Assembly (NCBI GenBank): GCA_040752815.1
Contig: JBFMGC010000002.1
Coordinates: 35,490-99,489 of the forward strand
Direction of reading: 5' to 3'
DNA from: Candidatus Zixiibacteriota bacterium
Lineage (GTDB): Bacteria > Zixibacteria > MSB-5A5 > GN15 > FEB-12
Length of the DNA: 64,000 nucleotides
Under the pieces are notes generated by a model. It searched no databases, was not told the DNA's origin, and was given only the letters and a program-made list of their open reading frames with translations. The position numbers and the translations under genes were made by a program. Positions 17,843-27,544 of the stretch are shown piece after piece; position 1 is the first letter of the stretch, and each line of letters opens with the position of its first letter.

Positions 17843-18414
17843 AGCAAATCTCCAATCTCGAAATGTTCTTCGAGATATTTCATTTCTTCCTCGCTTATGT
17901 CGTCCAGTAAGCTCTCACTCGCGCCGAGGGGAGCGCTTGAGCTGAACTCATCTATCAGCACTCTGACCATGTCGTCATCAAGCTCAGTGCCAAGATCACC
18001 CGTGAGCAACAATGTCAGATTGTCAGTTGTAACACCTGTCGATGTTAACGACACGCCATCCTCGCTCATGCCCTGCATTTGACCAAGTTCGTAAGCGCCG
18101 TAGGCGAACAGGGCGATCGCCGCGGCCGCCGCGACGCGCACCAGTGGTTGAAGCCATCGGCGAAAAACCGGACGATATGACCGGCGAGGCGCAATCCGAC
18201 CCTCCACCATCCGAACGGCGTGCTCGATCTCAGCAAACGTCAGGGCGATATTGTCATCGTCACCCAGTCTCGGAGCGAGATTGATCAGCTCATCACGGTA
18301 AGCGCGACAAGATTCGCAAGTGCGAAGATGATCTGCAACCTCAGCCGAAGACTGATTGGTCCCGAAATCAAGCTCGAGCTCTTCGCGCACCTTATCGCAG
18401 TTCATACCTGCCAT
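17839..18414 (-). CDS. anti-sigma factor (zf-HC2 type)
   Basis: CDKVREELE...HLRTCESCRAYRDEL zinc-finger motif and a central TM helix (VAAAAAIALFAYGAY). Overlaps the preceding ECF sigma gene. Confidence 0.75.
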   Translation of the reverse strand: MAGMNCDKVREELELDFGTNQSSAEVADHLRTCESCRAYRDELINLAPRLGDDDNIALTFAEIEHAVRMVEGRIAPRRSYRPVFRRWLQPLVRVAAAAAIALFAYGAYELGQMQGMSEDGVSLTSTGVTTDNLTLLLTGDLGTELDDDMVRVLIDEFSSSAPLGASESLLDDISEEEMKYLEEHFEIGDLL

Positions 18415-18965
18415 CCTTTTTCGAGGGCGTGGGCGCGAAGCTTGATAACCGCCTCGCGGTAACCGGTTTTGACCGTCCCCACCGCCCGATCCAGCGCTTC
18501 GGCGATCTGCTCGAACGGCATCTGCTTGTAAAACCGAAGCTCGAAAATTGCCCGCTGTTGCGGCGGCAGGCCGGACATGAACTCCCGCACCCTGTCGGCC
18601 AGCTCGCGGCGATTTAACTGTCTTTCCGGATCGGGGGCGGATGATTCCAGATCGTCGAGAGTTGACCCGCTCTCAGTTCCGTGCCGGGCTGCACTTCGCA
18701 GATGGTTGAGCGACTTGTTGGTTGCGATTCGGAACACCCAATTGGCAAAGCCGGCGTCGCCCCTGTAGGTCCGCAGATTCTCCCAGGCCGAAACGAAAGT
18801 ATCCTGGGCCAGCTCTTTAGCGATTTCCATGTCGCCGGTCATTCTATATGTCAAGGCAGTTACGCGTGTCATCAGTTGCCTCACGATGACGGAGAAAGCC
18901 TGCCGATCACCGGCCAGCGCCTTTTCGACCAGACTTTCCATCGTCTCTGGGGCTGAATCCGTCAT
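18402..18965 (-). CDS. ECF-type RNA polymerase sigma factor
   Basis: Region 2 (AKELAQDTFVSAWENL, FANWVFRIATNKSLNHLR) and region 4 (PFEQIAEALDRAVGTVKTGYREAVIKLR) motifs are present. Confidence 0.9.
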   Translation of the reverse strand: MTDSAPETMESLVEKALAGDRQAFSVIVRQLMTRVTALTYRMTGDMEIAKELAQDTFVSAWENLRTYRGDAGFANWVFRIATNKSLNHLRSAARHGTESGSTLDDLESSAPDPERQLNRRELADRVREFMSGLPPQQRAIFELRFYKQMPFEQIAEALDRAVGTVKTGYREAVIKLRAHALEKGWQV

Positions 18966-19017
18966 ATCACCATTTCTACCTTGATGACAATTTACCGGGG
19001 CGAAAGATTAATGCCCA

Positions 19018-19049
19018 CAAAAGAAAACGGCCGGAACGAGTTCCGGCCG
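19018..19049 (-). terminator. Rho-independent terminator downstream of mreB
   Basis: The minus strand reads CGGCCGGAAC-TCG-TTCCGGCCG followed by TTTTCTTTTG, about 20 nt after the mreB stop. Confidence 0.6.
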
Positions 19050-19070
19050 AAAACTGGCAAGCGGCGCGGC

Positions 19071-20099
19071 TCAGTCGCGCCGACTTTTTTCCAGAACCTT
19101 GGTGTACTTAATGAAATCCTCCAGAACCTTGCCGGTCCCACGAACGACACAGGTGAGCGGGTCCTCGGCGATATTGACAGGCAGGTTGGTTTCCTGGCGA
19201 AGGCGTTTATCCAGCCCGCGGAGAAGCGCCCCGCCGCCGGTAAGCACAATCCCGCGCTGCAGAATGTCGGCGGCCAGCTCGGGAGGAGTTTGTTCGAGCG
19301 CCTGCCGGACCGCCTCGACTACAATATCCAGCGTTTCGGAGAGCGCCTCGCGAATCTGCACCGATGAAACAGTCAGGTTTTTCGGCACACCTGCCACCAG
19401 GTCGCGCCCCTTGACCTCCATCGAGAGTTCCTTGTCCAGCGCGTAAGCGGAACCGATTTTGATCTTGATATCCTCAGCGGTCAGCTCACCGATAAGCAGG
19501 TTGTAGTTCTTCTTCAGGTAATTGATGATTGCCTCGTTGAACTCATCGCCGGCGACACGAATCGACGTATCATTGACTATCCCGTTCAGGGCGATCACCG
19601 CGATCTCCGATGTCCCCCCGCCGACATCGATCACCATAATGCCGCTGGGCTGATCGACCGCCAGGCCGACCCCGATCGCCGCGGCCATCGGCTCCTGAAT
19701 CAGATACACCTCGCGGGCGCCCGCCCCCTCGGCGGAGTCCCTCACCGCTCGCTTTTCGACCTCGGTTATCCCTGACGGCACCGAAATCACCACGCGTGGC
19801 TTCATTATATATTTGCGCTTGACCACGCGGCGGATGAAGTCGGCAATCAGCCGCTCGGACATGTCGAAATCGGCAATCACGCCGTCTTTTAGCGGGCGAA
19901 TCGCCTCGATCCCGCCGGGCGTACGGCCAGTCATTTCTTTCGCGGCGGAGCCGATCGCCAGGATTTTGCCCGACGATTTTTCCACCGCCACCACCGATGG
20001 TTCGTTAAGTACGATCCCCTGATTGCGGACATACACCAGCGTGTTGGCCGTTCCGAGATCGATACCAATGTCGTTTGAGAGCAGATCGAAGAATCCCAA
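19071..20099 (-). CDS. mreB: rod shape-determining protein MreB
   Basis: [26 protein letters not shown] and [18 protein letters not shown] are actin-like MreB signatures. Confidence 0.95.
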   Translation of the reverse strand: MGFFDLLSNDIGIDLGTANTLVYVRNQGIVLNEPSVVAVEKSSGKILAIGSAAKEMTGRTPGGIEAIRPLKDGVIADFDMSERLIADFIRRVVKRKYIMKPRVVISVPSGITEVEKRAVRDSAEGAGAREVYLIQEPMAAAIGVGLAVDQPSGIMVIDVGGGTSEIAVIALNGIVNDTSIRVAGDEFNEAIINYLKKNYNLLIGELTAEDIKIKIGSAYALDKELSMEVKGRDLVAGVPKNLTVSSVQIREALSETLDIVVEAVRQALEQTPPELAADILQRGIVLTGGGALLRGLDKRLRQETNLPVNIAEDPLTCVVRGTGKVLEDFIKYTKVLEKSRRD

Positions 20100-20294
20100 G
20101 TTAAGTCCTTTTAGCCACGTTTGTAATCTATGGGCCGGTCCCGACGACCATAAAGTGCCTACAGCCTATATCGTGCGTTGTCGGCGGTAAGTTTACCGGT
20201 TTGAGCGATTTAGGGCAAGCTAAAAGGGTGGCGCTGTCTCCGGCGTCGCGCAAAGAGTCGCCGTAAACGGCAATCGCGGATGTACGTGCCAGTG

Positions 20295-20323
20295 TTGACG
20301 CAATCCAGCCGGCGGGATATCAT
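20295..20323 (+). promoter_or_regulatory. candidate sigma-70-type promoter giving a near-leaderless phzF-like transcript
   Basis: TTGACG (20295-20300), a 17-nt spacer, then TATCAT (20318-20323). The ATG at 20330 is only 6 nt downstream and has no SD. Confidence 0.3.
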
Positions 20324-20329
20324 CCCACT

Positions 20330-21178
20330 ATGCGATTCCAGATCTATGACGTCTCCGCACAGAGACCTTTCGAGGGCAACCCAACCGGTGTTGTCTATGC
20401 CGACCACTCCCTCGAGACTGACCTGATGCAGCGTCTGGCCAATGAGCTTTCCCTCCCCGACACTATCTTCCTCCTGCCCGGCAGCCGGCCGGACCTGCTT
20501 TTCACGTCGCGTACCTTCACACCCTACCAGGAACTCGAAATATGCGGACAAGGCCTGGTCGGGGCGGTGTACGCCCTGATGGAGGACCGGGACATTCTAT
20601 CTGGCCAGCACACCGTCGAAACCGCAATTGGCAACAGGGAAGTCGTGATCGAGCGGCACGACTCACTGTCAGTTTTTTGCTCCCTGGGAAGGCCGACGAT
20701 TACTGAACTCCCAAGTGACCAACGTCTGCAGATTGGTGAACTTCTTGGTCGGACTCGAATCAAACCGGATATGATGGCGTTTGTCGACCTGGGGCGAAAG
20801 CGCCTGATCTTGGACGTGCGGCATTCGGAACTGGAGCGTGTCGACCTCGCTCGTGCACAGGTAATAGCCATCTGCCGCACGCTCGGGATAACAGAAGTCG
20901 TGTTGTGCGCGTATGGAAATGACCAACCACCGTTGGTACGTTCGCACCACTTCACAACTTCGCTTCTGGGTGCGGAAGATGCCGTCACGGGAGGGGCGGC
21001 CGGTGCCATTCTGGCGTTCTACCGACACGCTGGAGAGAGCATCGATCAACTGCGCATCCACCAGGGTGATTTCGCAACTCGCGGCGGCCTGGTGATTGCC
21101 AGATTTAATCCGTCCGATAACGAGATCCAAATTGGCGGTGACGCGGTGAAAATCGCTGACGGTGGGCTCTGCGTTTGA
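20330..21178 (+). CDS. PhzF-family isomerase
   Basis: MRFQIYDVSAQRPFEGNPTGVV...LANELSLPDTIFLL matches the PhzF N-terminal pattern. The length, 282 aa, is typical. Confidence 0.85.
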   Translation: MRFQIYDVSAQRPFEGNPTGVVYADHSLETDLMQRLANELSLPDTIFLLPGSRPDLLFTSRTFTPYQELEICGQGLVGAVYALMEDRDILSGQHTVETAIGNREVVIERHDSLSVFCSLGRPTITELPSDQRLQIGELLGRTRIKPDMMAFVDLGRKRLILDVRHSELERVDLARAQVIAICRTLGITEVVLCAYGNDQPPLVRSHHFTTSLLGAEDAVTGGAAGAILAFYRHAGESIDQLRIHQGDFATRGGLVIARFNPSDNEIQIGGDAVKIADGGLCV

Positions 21179-21530
21179 GACGATCAGTGCAGCGGTGATT
21201 TCTACCAGCACCTCCGCGGGTTCAGGCGACAAGCAGATTGGGAGACGTTGACCAGCAGGGTTCCACCCCACGGGCGCTAGCTTAGCGTTCGAAGTCGTGC
21301 ATGGCGTACCTCCCGGTGCGCCAGGTCCCTGGGGCATACCGGTCGTTCTGCGACGCATGGGGCCGTGGTGGACAGGACGTTCACCACGCACAAATCTGTA
21401 GCTGGTAGTCAGGGAAAGACGAGGACCCCGGATCAAGTCCGGGGCAGGATCTGCCGCCCACCATTGATCCGGACTTCTGCCGCTCACGGAACTTTCGGCA
21501 GACACGGAGGGTTGCCGATCATAAGCAAGA

Positions 21531-22709
21531 TCAGTACTTCGCAAAGCCGCCGGGGAGCTCGGAGCCGCGGCGCGAAGGTGTGCGAGGCGCTGAATCCGCG
21601 GATTCGCTTGCGTTTTGCTCGTCCGCCCAGCGGTCGGCCGCGCCCACGATCCCCTTCAGGCGCAGATCGAGATCATCCGGGTTCGACGCGTTCGCCATCG
21701 CCTCTTCGAACGAGATCATCCCCTGCTTGTACAGCCGCATGATCGACTGATCAAACGTCTGCATGCCGTACTGTACGTTGCCGGCTTCCATCAGGTCCGG
21801 GATATCTACAGTCTTGTCGGGATCCATGATGCACTCTTTGATCGCACCATGATTGACCATGATCTCCAGCGCAGGCACGCGGCCGGGCATGTCGCAACGG
21901 GCCAACAGGCGCTGGCAGATGATAGCCTTGAGCGTGCCCGCCAGCAACAGACGAATTTGCTGATGCTGGTGAGGCGGGAAGAACGACACGATACGCGTGA
22001 TGGTCTCGACGACGTTCAACGTGTGCAGGGTGGTCAACACCAGATGGCCGGTATCCGCGGCGGTCAGCGCGATTGACATTGTCTCTAAATCGCGCACCTC
22101 GCCGATCATGATCACGTCCGGGTCCTGTCGGAAAGCATGGCGAAGTGACGTGGCGAATGACTCGGTATCCCCGCCGACTTCGCGCTGCGAGATGATCGCT
22201 TTCTTGTCGCGATAGATATACTCGATCGGGTCTTCGACGGTGAGGATATTCATGGCTGAATTCGCGTTGATTTCCTCTATGACCGCCGCCAGTGACGTCG
22301 ACTTTCCCGAACCCGTAGTGCCGGTGACAATAATAAGGCCGCGCCGCTCCCTGGCCAGGTCCTTGGCTATCTTGGGCAGGTTCAATTCCTCGAAACCGGG
22401 TACAACCGTGTTGACCGCACGAATGGCGATACCGGTGGTGCCGCGCTGACGAAACAGATTGATACGGAATCGACCCAGCTTGGCCACCGACAACGCCAGA
22501 TCCATCTCGTTCTTGCGCTGGAAGCGCTCGAATTGCTTTTCGTTGAGGATCTGGCCGACCACCTGTTCCATGGCCTCGATCGTGATCGGATCGGTGGCGA
22601 TATGCTGAAGGGAACCGTTGACCCGCAGGTGCGGCCGTACCCCGACCCGGATATGCAAATCCGAAGCCTTGCGGTTGAGCATCTCAACCAGCATCTGCTT
22701 GAGATTCAT
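21531..22709 (-). CDS. pilT: type IV pilus retraction ATPase PilT/PilU family
   Basis: ASDLHI, Walker A GTTGSGKSTSLAA, the Asp box and the GHLVLTTLHT His box. Confidence 0.9.
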   Translation of the reverse strand: MNLKQMLVEMLNRKASDLHIRVGVRPHLRVNGSLQHIATDPITIEAMEQVVGQILNEKQFERFQRKNEMDLALSVAKLGRFRINLFRQRGTTGIAIRAVNTVVPGFEELNLPKIAKDLARERRGLIIVTGTTGSGKSTSLAAVIEEINANSAMNILTVEDPIEYIYRDKKAIISQREVGGDTESFATSLRHAFRQDPDVIMIGEVRDLETMSIALTAADTGHLVLTTLHTLNVVETITRIVSFFPPHQHQQIRLLLAGTLKAIICQRLLARCDMPGRVPALEIMVNHGAIKECIMDPDKTVDIPDLMEAGNVQYGMQTFDQSIMRLYKQGMISFEEAMANASNPDDLDLRLKGIVGAADRWADEQNASESADSAPRTPSRRGSELPGGFAKY

Positions 22710-22737
22710 GGAAGCGCCTTTCCCGAGAACCGGGAGG

Positions 22738-23229
22738 TCAGCTCGTGGGATCGATCAGGAAGAGAACCTGGCCGAATTCGACCGGCTTGCCGTTTTCCAC
22801 CGTGATTTTGACCACCCGACCACTGACTTCCGATTCAATCTCGTTCATCAGTTTCATTGCCTCGACAATACACACTACCTGGCCCTCGGTAATTCGCTCA
22901 TTGAGGGACACGTACGGGTCGGCGTCGGGCGCCGGTGACCGATAAAACGTGCCTACCATGGGCGACTTGATCTCGACCAGGTTACTGGTATTGTCGGCAA
23001 CTGGTTGGGATGGTTCAGCCGGAACTTCCCGGGGCGGGGTCGACGCGGTGGCCTGGGGGGACCCCAGGGAGGGCATCGGAACGACGTTTCCGCCGTTGTT
23101 GTGGCCGTTGGGATGCGCGCCGAGACGCTGGGTGATGCGCACCTTGCGGCCCCAACTGGAAACTTCCAGCGATTCAATATCTGACTCTTCAACCAGGCGT
23201 ATCAGGCTTTTGATATATTTCTCTCTCAT
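22738..23229 (-). CDS. accB: acetyl-CoA carboxylase biotin carboxyl carrier protein
   Basis: C-terminal biotinyl domain [24 protein letters not shown] (the AMKM-type motif) and a Pro/Ala-rich linker. Start is set at ATG 23229, which has GGGAGGAG upstream. Confidence 0.9.
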   Translation of the reverse strand: MREKYIKSLIRLVEESDIESLEVSSWGRKVRITQRLGAHPNGHNNGGNVVPMPSLGSPQATASTPPREVPAEPSQPVADNTSNLVEIKSPMVGTFYRSPAPDADPYVSLNERITEGQVVCIVEAMKLMNEIESEVSGRVVKITVENGKPVEFGQVLFLIDPTS

Positions 23230-23319
23230 TGGACTCCTCCCTGACGGCCGATAGCGGCGGCCGCGCAGGGCCTCCGACAGTGGCAAAACCCAAGCGATAG
23301 GGATAATACCGTTTTCGGG

Positions 23320-24402
23320 TTATAGCTCCAACAAGTTTTTTGGCGCCCGGTTCAGGACCCGACAGCCATTGCGGGTGACAAGTACATCGTCTTCGATCCT
23401 GACCCCGCCCCAGCCGCTGATATAAATGCCGGGCTCCACTGTTACTACGTTGCCCGCCTTGAGGTTATCGTCGGCCAGAGGCGAGAGCCGGGGACCGGAA
23501 TGGATTTCCATGCTGATCCCGTGGCCGGTCCCGTGGCCGAAGTTCTTGCCATAGCCGGCCCGTTTGATCAGGTCACGGGCGGTTTTATCGACCATTTTGC
23601 CGCTCGCCCCGGCCTTGATCCTGCGGATCGCAGCCAACTGAGCCTTCAGTACCGTATTATACACTTTCTTCTGACGGCTGGTGGCCCTGCCGACTACTAC
23701 GGTGCGGGTGATGTCAGAAAGGTACCCGCCAACAGTCGCTCCAAAGTCGAAGGTCACAAAGTCACCCTTCTGCACTTTCTTTGCGGATGCCAGCCCGTGG
23801 GGCATGGCTGCGCGGTACCCGGAGGCCACAATCGTCTCGAACGCCGGCTTCTCCGAACCAAGCATGGCCATCTGGTACTCGAGTTCCGCCGCCAGCTCCC
23901 GCTCCCGAATTCCGGGGATAACCAGGTTCAGAATGCGCTCGAACGCCCGGTCGGAGATGTCGACCGCTTCTTGTATGCTGGCCAATTCCGACCCATCCTT
24001 GACCCAGCCGAACTCGGCGAAGACCTTTTCGGCGGGCACCAGCAGGCAGCCGGGGAGGTGTTTGCGCACCTGTTCGGCGATCGCCATAGTCATCGTGGCG
24101 GCGTCGTACCCCAGGCGAAAGTTGGCCCCACCAAGTCCCGGGCACTCCTTGAGGGCAGCGATTTTGGAGCCTTTGACGATCTCGACCTTCGCGCCACGCA
24201 CCGACTTTCTGGCATCGTCGGTGTACCTGAAATCGGTGAACAGAAATGAACTTCGACCCGCCAGAACCAGCAGGCCATCGAGGTCATCGTGGCCGTAGAA
24301 ACCCGTGAGGTAACGAACCTGATTGCGGTTGACAACAATCAGCCCGTCGAGATTGCTTTCCTGAAGTTGGGCGCGAACAGCAGCAAGACGTTTTGCGGAC
24401 AT
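23320..24402 (-). CDS. M24-family Xaa-Pro aminopeptidase/dipeptidase
   Basis: Creatinase-like N-domain plus the pita-bread metal ligands (DFGATVGGYLSDITR, HGTGHGISMEIH, VTVEPGIY, RIEDDV). Confidence 0.9.
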   Translation of the reverse strand: MSAKRLAAVRAQLQESNLDGLIVVNRNQVRYLTGFYGHDDLDGLLVLAGRSSFLFTDFRYTDDARKSVRGAKVEIVKGSKIAALKECPGLGGANFRLGYDAATMTMAIAEQVRKHLPGCLLVPAEKVFAEFGWVKDGSELASIQEAVDISDRAFERILNLVIPGIRERELAAELEYQMAMLGSEKPAFETIVASGYRAAMPHGLASAKKVQKGDFVTFDFGATVGGYLSDITRTVVVGRATSRQKKVYNTVLKAQLAAIRRIKAGASGKMVDKTARDLIKRAGYGKNFGHGTGHGISMEIHSGPRLSPLADDNLKAGNVVTVEPGIYISGWGGVRIEDDVLVTRNGCRVLNRAPKNLLEL

Positions 24403-24404
24403 AG

Positions 24405-25061
24405 TCAGTCATCCTTATCTCTTTTTTTGCTCTCAGCGAGGCTAAGTTTTTCGGTGATGCGGGGTGAGTCACTCTCGAGGCTCAGCTTGCGAAACACTCG
24501 CGCCGCCAGTCGAGGATACCCCTGGGCGAGATAAAGGTCGCCGATCGTTTCGGTATAAAACGGTATTTCCCGCAGGTTTTCCGCCACCGAGTCGGCTTTT
24601 GCCTCGGCGCGGCGTGTCAGTGTGATGGTTCGAGTTGTTTCCGTACGATGGCGTACGATATCGGATCTTAACCCGCGGCAGAACGGGTCGATCTCGAGTA
24701 TGCGGCCGTAGTTGCTCATAGCCGAGACGACATCACCGGCCTCAAAGGCGATATCTCCCAGGTATTTGAGCGCGACAATGTTGACCGGATCCAGCGCCAG
24801 GACCCGCCGGAAATGTGCAGCCGCGCTCTCGGCCTGACCTGAGCGGAAGAGCGCTTGAGCGTACACCAGCCGCCCGGACACCAGATCGGGCCGGCTCTCG
24901 AGGTTTTCTCGGCAGAGCGCAATGGCATCGGCGTATTTCCCCTCGCTCAGGCGTTTGACGGCAATCGCGACCCAGTACCCGTCCGCCGCCAGACGGTCTA
25001 CAAGCGCGGATTCGGTCCGAGTTTCAACTTGAGACATACTTACGGCTCCGCTAGCGAACAC
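24405..25061 (-). CDS. TPR repeat protein
   Basis: Repeated 34-aa helical units (YAQALFRSGQAESAAAHFRRVLALDP; LKYLGDIAFEAGDVVSAMSNYGRILEIDP). Confidence 0.6.
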   Translation of the reverse strand: MFASGAVSMSQVETRTESALVDRLAADGYWVAIAVKRLSEGKYADAIALCRENLESRPDLVSGRLVYAQALFRSGQAESAAAHFRRVLALDPVNIVALKYLGDIAFEAGDVVSAMSNYGRILEIDPFCRGLRSDIVRHRTETTRTITLTRRAEAKADSVAENLREIPFYTETIGDLYLAQGYPRLAARVFRKLSLESDSPRITEKLSLAESKKRDKDD

Positions 25062-25072
25062 ACCACGCCGAC

Positions 25073-25549
25073 TCAGCCCAGCTTTTTCAGAAGGCGGCTG
25101 GTGGAGCGACCCGGCGTAAGCCCGATACGGCTAACCTTGCCGCCGTACGCTTTGACAAACGCGGCGCCGGCGATTTCGCTCAGTCTGTAGTCCGCCCCTT
25201 TCACGAGCACATCCGGGCGCACCTGCTCAATAAGCCGGTCCGGCCGGTCTTCATGGAAGACTACGACATAGTCCACCGATTTCAGCGCGAGCAATATCGC
25301 GGCGCGATCGCGTTGGCTCTGGACTGGGCGCGCAGATCCCTTGAGGCGGCGGACAGACGTATCGCTGTTGAGGCCCACTATCAGCACGTCGCCACACGAC
25401 TTCGCCTTGGCCAGATACTCGACATGGCCACGGTGAAGGATGTCGAACACACCGTTGGTGAACACCAGCTTCTTGCCCTTGCGCCGGAGACGGTCAGCCA
25501 GGGCGGCTATCTTGTTGCGAGGTACGAGCATGAACGGCCTGTCCAGCAA
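25073..25549 (-). CDS. hldC: D-glycero-beta-D-manno-heptose 1-phosphate adenylyltransferase (RfaE domain II)
   Basis: Cytidylyltransferase fold with FTNGVFDILHRGHVEYL (the HxGH motif). The 158-aa stand-alone form matches HldC. Confidence 0.9.
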   Translation of the reverse strand: MLDRPFMLVPRNKIAALADRLRRKGKKLVFTNGVFDILHRGHVEYLAKAKSCGDVLIVGLNSDTSVRRLKGSARPVQSQRDRAAILLALKSVDYVVVFHEDRPDRLIEQVRPDVLVKGADYRLSEIAGAAFVKAYGGKVSRIGLTPGRSTSRLLKKLG

Positions 25550-25553
25550 TAAA

Positions 25554-27458
25554 TCAGATCCTGGCGAGCTCGGCCTCCAGGCGATTTACGAGAGTGTCGA
25601 GTTGGTCGATGACCGCCTGAATGGCCTCGGGCGATGTCATATCGATACCGGCTGCTTTCAACTGCGCCATCGGGTAATTGTTGCCGCCCGCTTTCAGCAG
25701 GGCCAGGTATGCGTCCAGAGATTTGTCGCGGGTTTCAGGATCGCTGGACCGGATCCCCTGTACGATCTGCGCCGACGCCGCAAAGCTGGTGGCGTACTTG
25801 TAAACATAGTACGGGCTGGAGAAGAAGTGCCCGATTCGGGTCCAGTACGAGTAGTAAAGGCTGTCTACCTCAATCGCCTCTCCGTAGTAATCGCTCATGA
25901 GTTGCCCACAGATGCCGCGGAGCGATTCGGCGGTCACTGGTTCGCCTGTCTCCACGAGCTGGTGGGCCTGCCATTCAAAATCGGCGAACATGGTCTGCAG
26001 GTAGAATGTCCCCTCGATGTTCTCAATCGCGCGCTGGAGCATGGCCACGCGATCCTCCGGCGAATCGGTGCGCTGCATCATGTAATCTAGCAGCAGCGCT
26101 TCGTTGAGAGTCGACGGCACCTCGGCGACAAAAATAGTCGAGTATACGGTGGCGTAGGGCTGATTCTCGCCCGAGTAGTTCGCGTGAATGGCGTGTCCCG
26201 CCTCGTGCGCCAGGGTAAAGACCTCCTCCAGCGTGCCATTGAAGTTCATCAGGATGTACTGTGGGGTGCCGTAGGCGTCCGACTGAAACCCGCCGGTGTA
26301 CTTGTCCTCATTTTCGTAGACATCGATCCGCCGCCCGCCAAAAAGCTGCCCTAGCCGCCGGGCGTAATCGTCGCCTAGCGGAGCCATCGCCTCGTACATC
26401 CACGGCACGACCTGATCATACTCGTAGCTGTGGTCGGAGCTAATCAGCGACGCTTGGCGGTCAGACCAGTAGTAATGCTCCAGATCGAGCGCCTCCTTGC
26501 GCAGTTGATGGTATTTTTGGAGCGGTCCTGTGCCCTTTCGCACCGTGCTGATCAGATTGCGGTACACCTCGCCGGGGACATTATCGCCGTCAAGAGCCGC
26601 CTCCAGCGTCAGTTCGTAATTGCGCGCCCGAGCCAGCGCCCAGTCGCGCTGAAGAATACTGTTGTACATGGCGGCATAGGTGTTGATATAGCTGTCGTAA
26701 GCCTTGTAGAAAGTCTGAAATATCCGGCGGCGCTCCTCCTGGTCCCGGTTGGTGCGCATCTGGTACCAGACCTGGCCTTCGCTGAGCAGAAGCGTATCCC
26801 CACTCACGCTTATATACGTGGGATACTGGATGTCGGAGTAAACGAAACCAGAATAAACAGCGTCCACAGAGCTGTTGAAAGTTCCGAAATATGAAAGCAG
26901 CCGTTCCCCTTTTTCATCCAGATAGTGCGGCTTCATGCGAAACAGGTTGTCCAGCCAGTAGCGGTACGGAGTTAGAGCAGGCTCCCGGTCCAGCCATTTC
27001 CGAACCGTCTCCGAGGATAGCTGCAGCAATTCCGGCTCGAGCCAGGATGCGGCTTCGGCCAGGCGAGAACGCAGGTTCTCGGCCCGCTGATTGCGAGCGG
27101 TTAGCTCGTTGTCGCCTATCGCCGTGGCCAGATTCAGATCGGCAAAGAGCGAGACCCGGTCGACTTTCATCCCCACCTGATCCCGGAACTCGAGCACTGT
27201 CGCCAGATCCTTGGGGGTTTTCGAGGCCCGCCCTTTGAACGAACCGAAAGAGTCCATCATGCCGGAGGCCGAGTCGTACGCACGTTCCCAAGCCGCCCGG
27301 TTCGGATAGATATCGCTCAGGTCCCACCTGTACTGTTCCGGGATCGAATCGCGCACTCGAGTGGCGGGTGCGCTTAGCACAGAATGCGAAAGCAGCAGGA
27401 TTGCTGCGACCAACATAGTCAGTCGTGTTTGATTGAACCGTAATCCCAGGCTGTTCAT
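25554..27458 (-). CDS. M3B oligoendopeptidase F family, secreted
   Basis: HEAGHAIH zinc motif and M3B-like length. The signal peptide MNSLGLRFNQTRLTMLVAAILLLSHSVLSA supports a start at 27458. The track ORF begins at a GTG at 27548, overlapping the upstream stop. Confidence 0.85.
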   Translation of the reverse strand: MNSLGLRFNQTRLTMLVAAILLLSHSVLSAPATRVRDSIPEQYRWDLSDIYPNRAAWERAYDSASGMMDSFGSFKGRASKTPKDLATVLEFRDQVGMKVDRVSLFADLNLATAIGDNELTARNQRAENLRSRLAEAASWLEPELLQLSSETVRKWLDREPALTPYRYWLDNLFRMKPHYLDEKGERLLSYFGTFNSSVDAVYSGFVYSDIQYPTYISVSGDTLLLSEGQVWYQMRTNRDQEERRRIFQTFYKAYDSYINTYAAMYNSILQRDWALARARNYELTLEAALDGDNVPGEVYRNLISTVRKGTGPLQKYHQLRKEALDLEHYYWSDRQASLISSDHSYEYDQVVPWMYEAMAPLGDDYARRLGQLFGGRRIDVYENEDKYTGGFQSDAYGTPQYILMNFNGTLEEVFTLAHEAGHAIHANYSGENQPYATVYSTIFVAEVPSTLNEALLLDYMMQRTDSPEDRVAMLQRAIENIEGTFYLQTMFADFEWQAHQLVETGEPVTAESLRGICGQLMSDYYGEAIEVDSLYYSYWTRIGHFFSSPYYVYKYATSFAASAQIVQGIRSSDPETRDKSLDAYLALLKAGGNNYPMAQLKAAGIDMTSPEAIQAVIDQLDTLVNRLEAELARI

Positions 27459-27544
27459 ATGGTGCAAACCTCTGGTCGTGAGACAGTGATTTCCAATCGG
27501 CAATATCCGAGGCGTTACGCCGCGGTCCTTGCGTTTCCCGATAC

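Noticed and set aside
20669-21544. 291-aa minus-strand ORF
   Set aside because: It mostly overlaps the PhzF-family gene on the opposite strand. It is low-complexity and Arg/Pro/Ser-rich, with no SD or motifs.
22738-23229. accB without an adjacent accC as an anomaly
   Set aside because: Split accB and accC locations occur in many bacteria. accC is probably elsewhere in the genome, so this is not informative.
23500-24298. Two overlapping plus-strand ORFs of 249 and 205 aa
   Set aside because: Both are antisense to the M24 aminopeptidase gene, which carries all the metal-ligand motifs.
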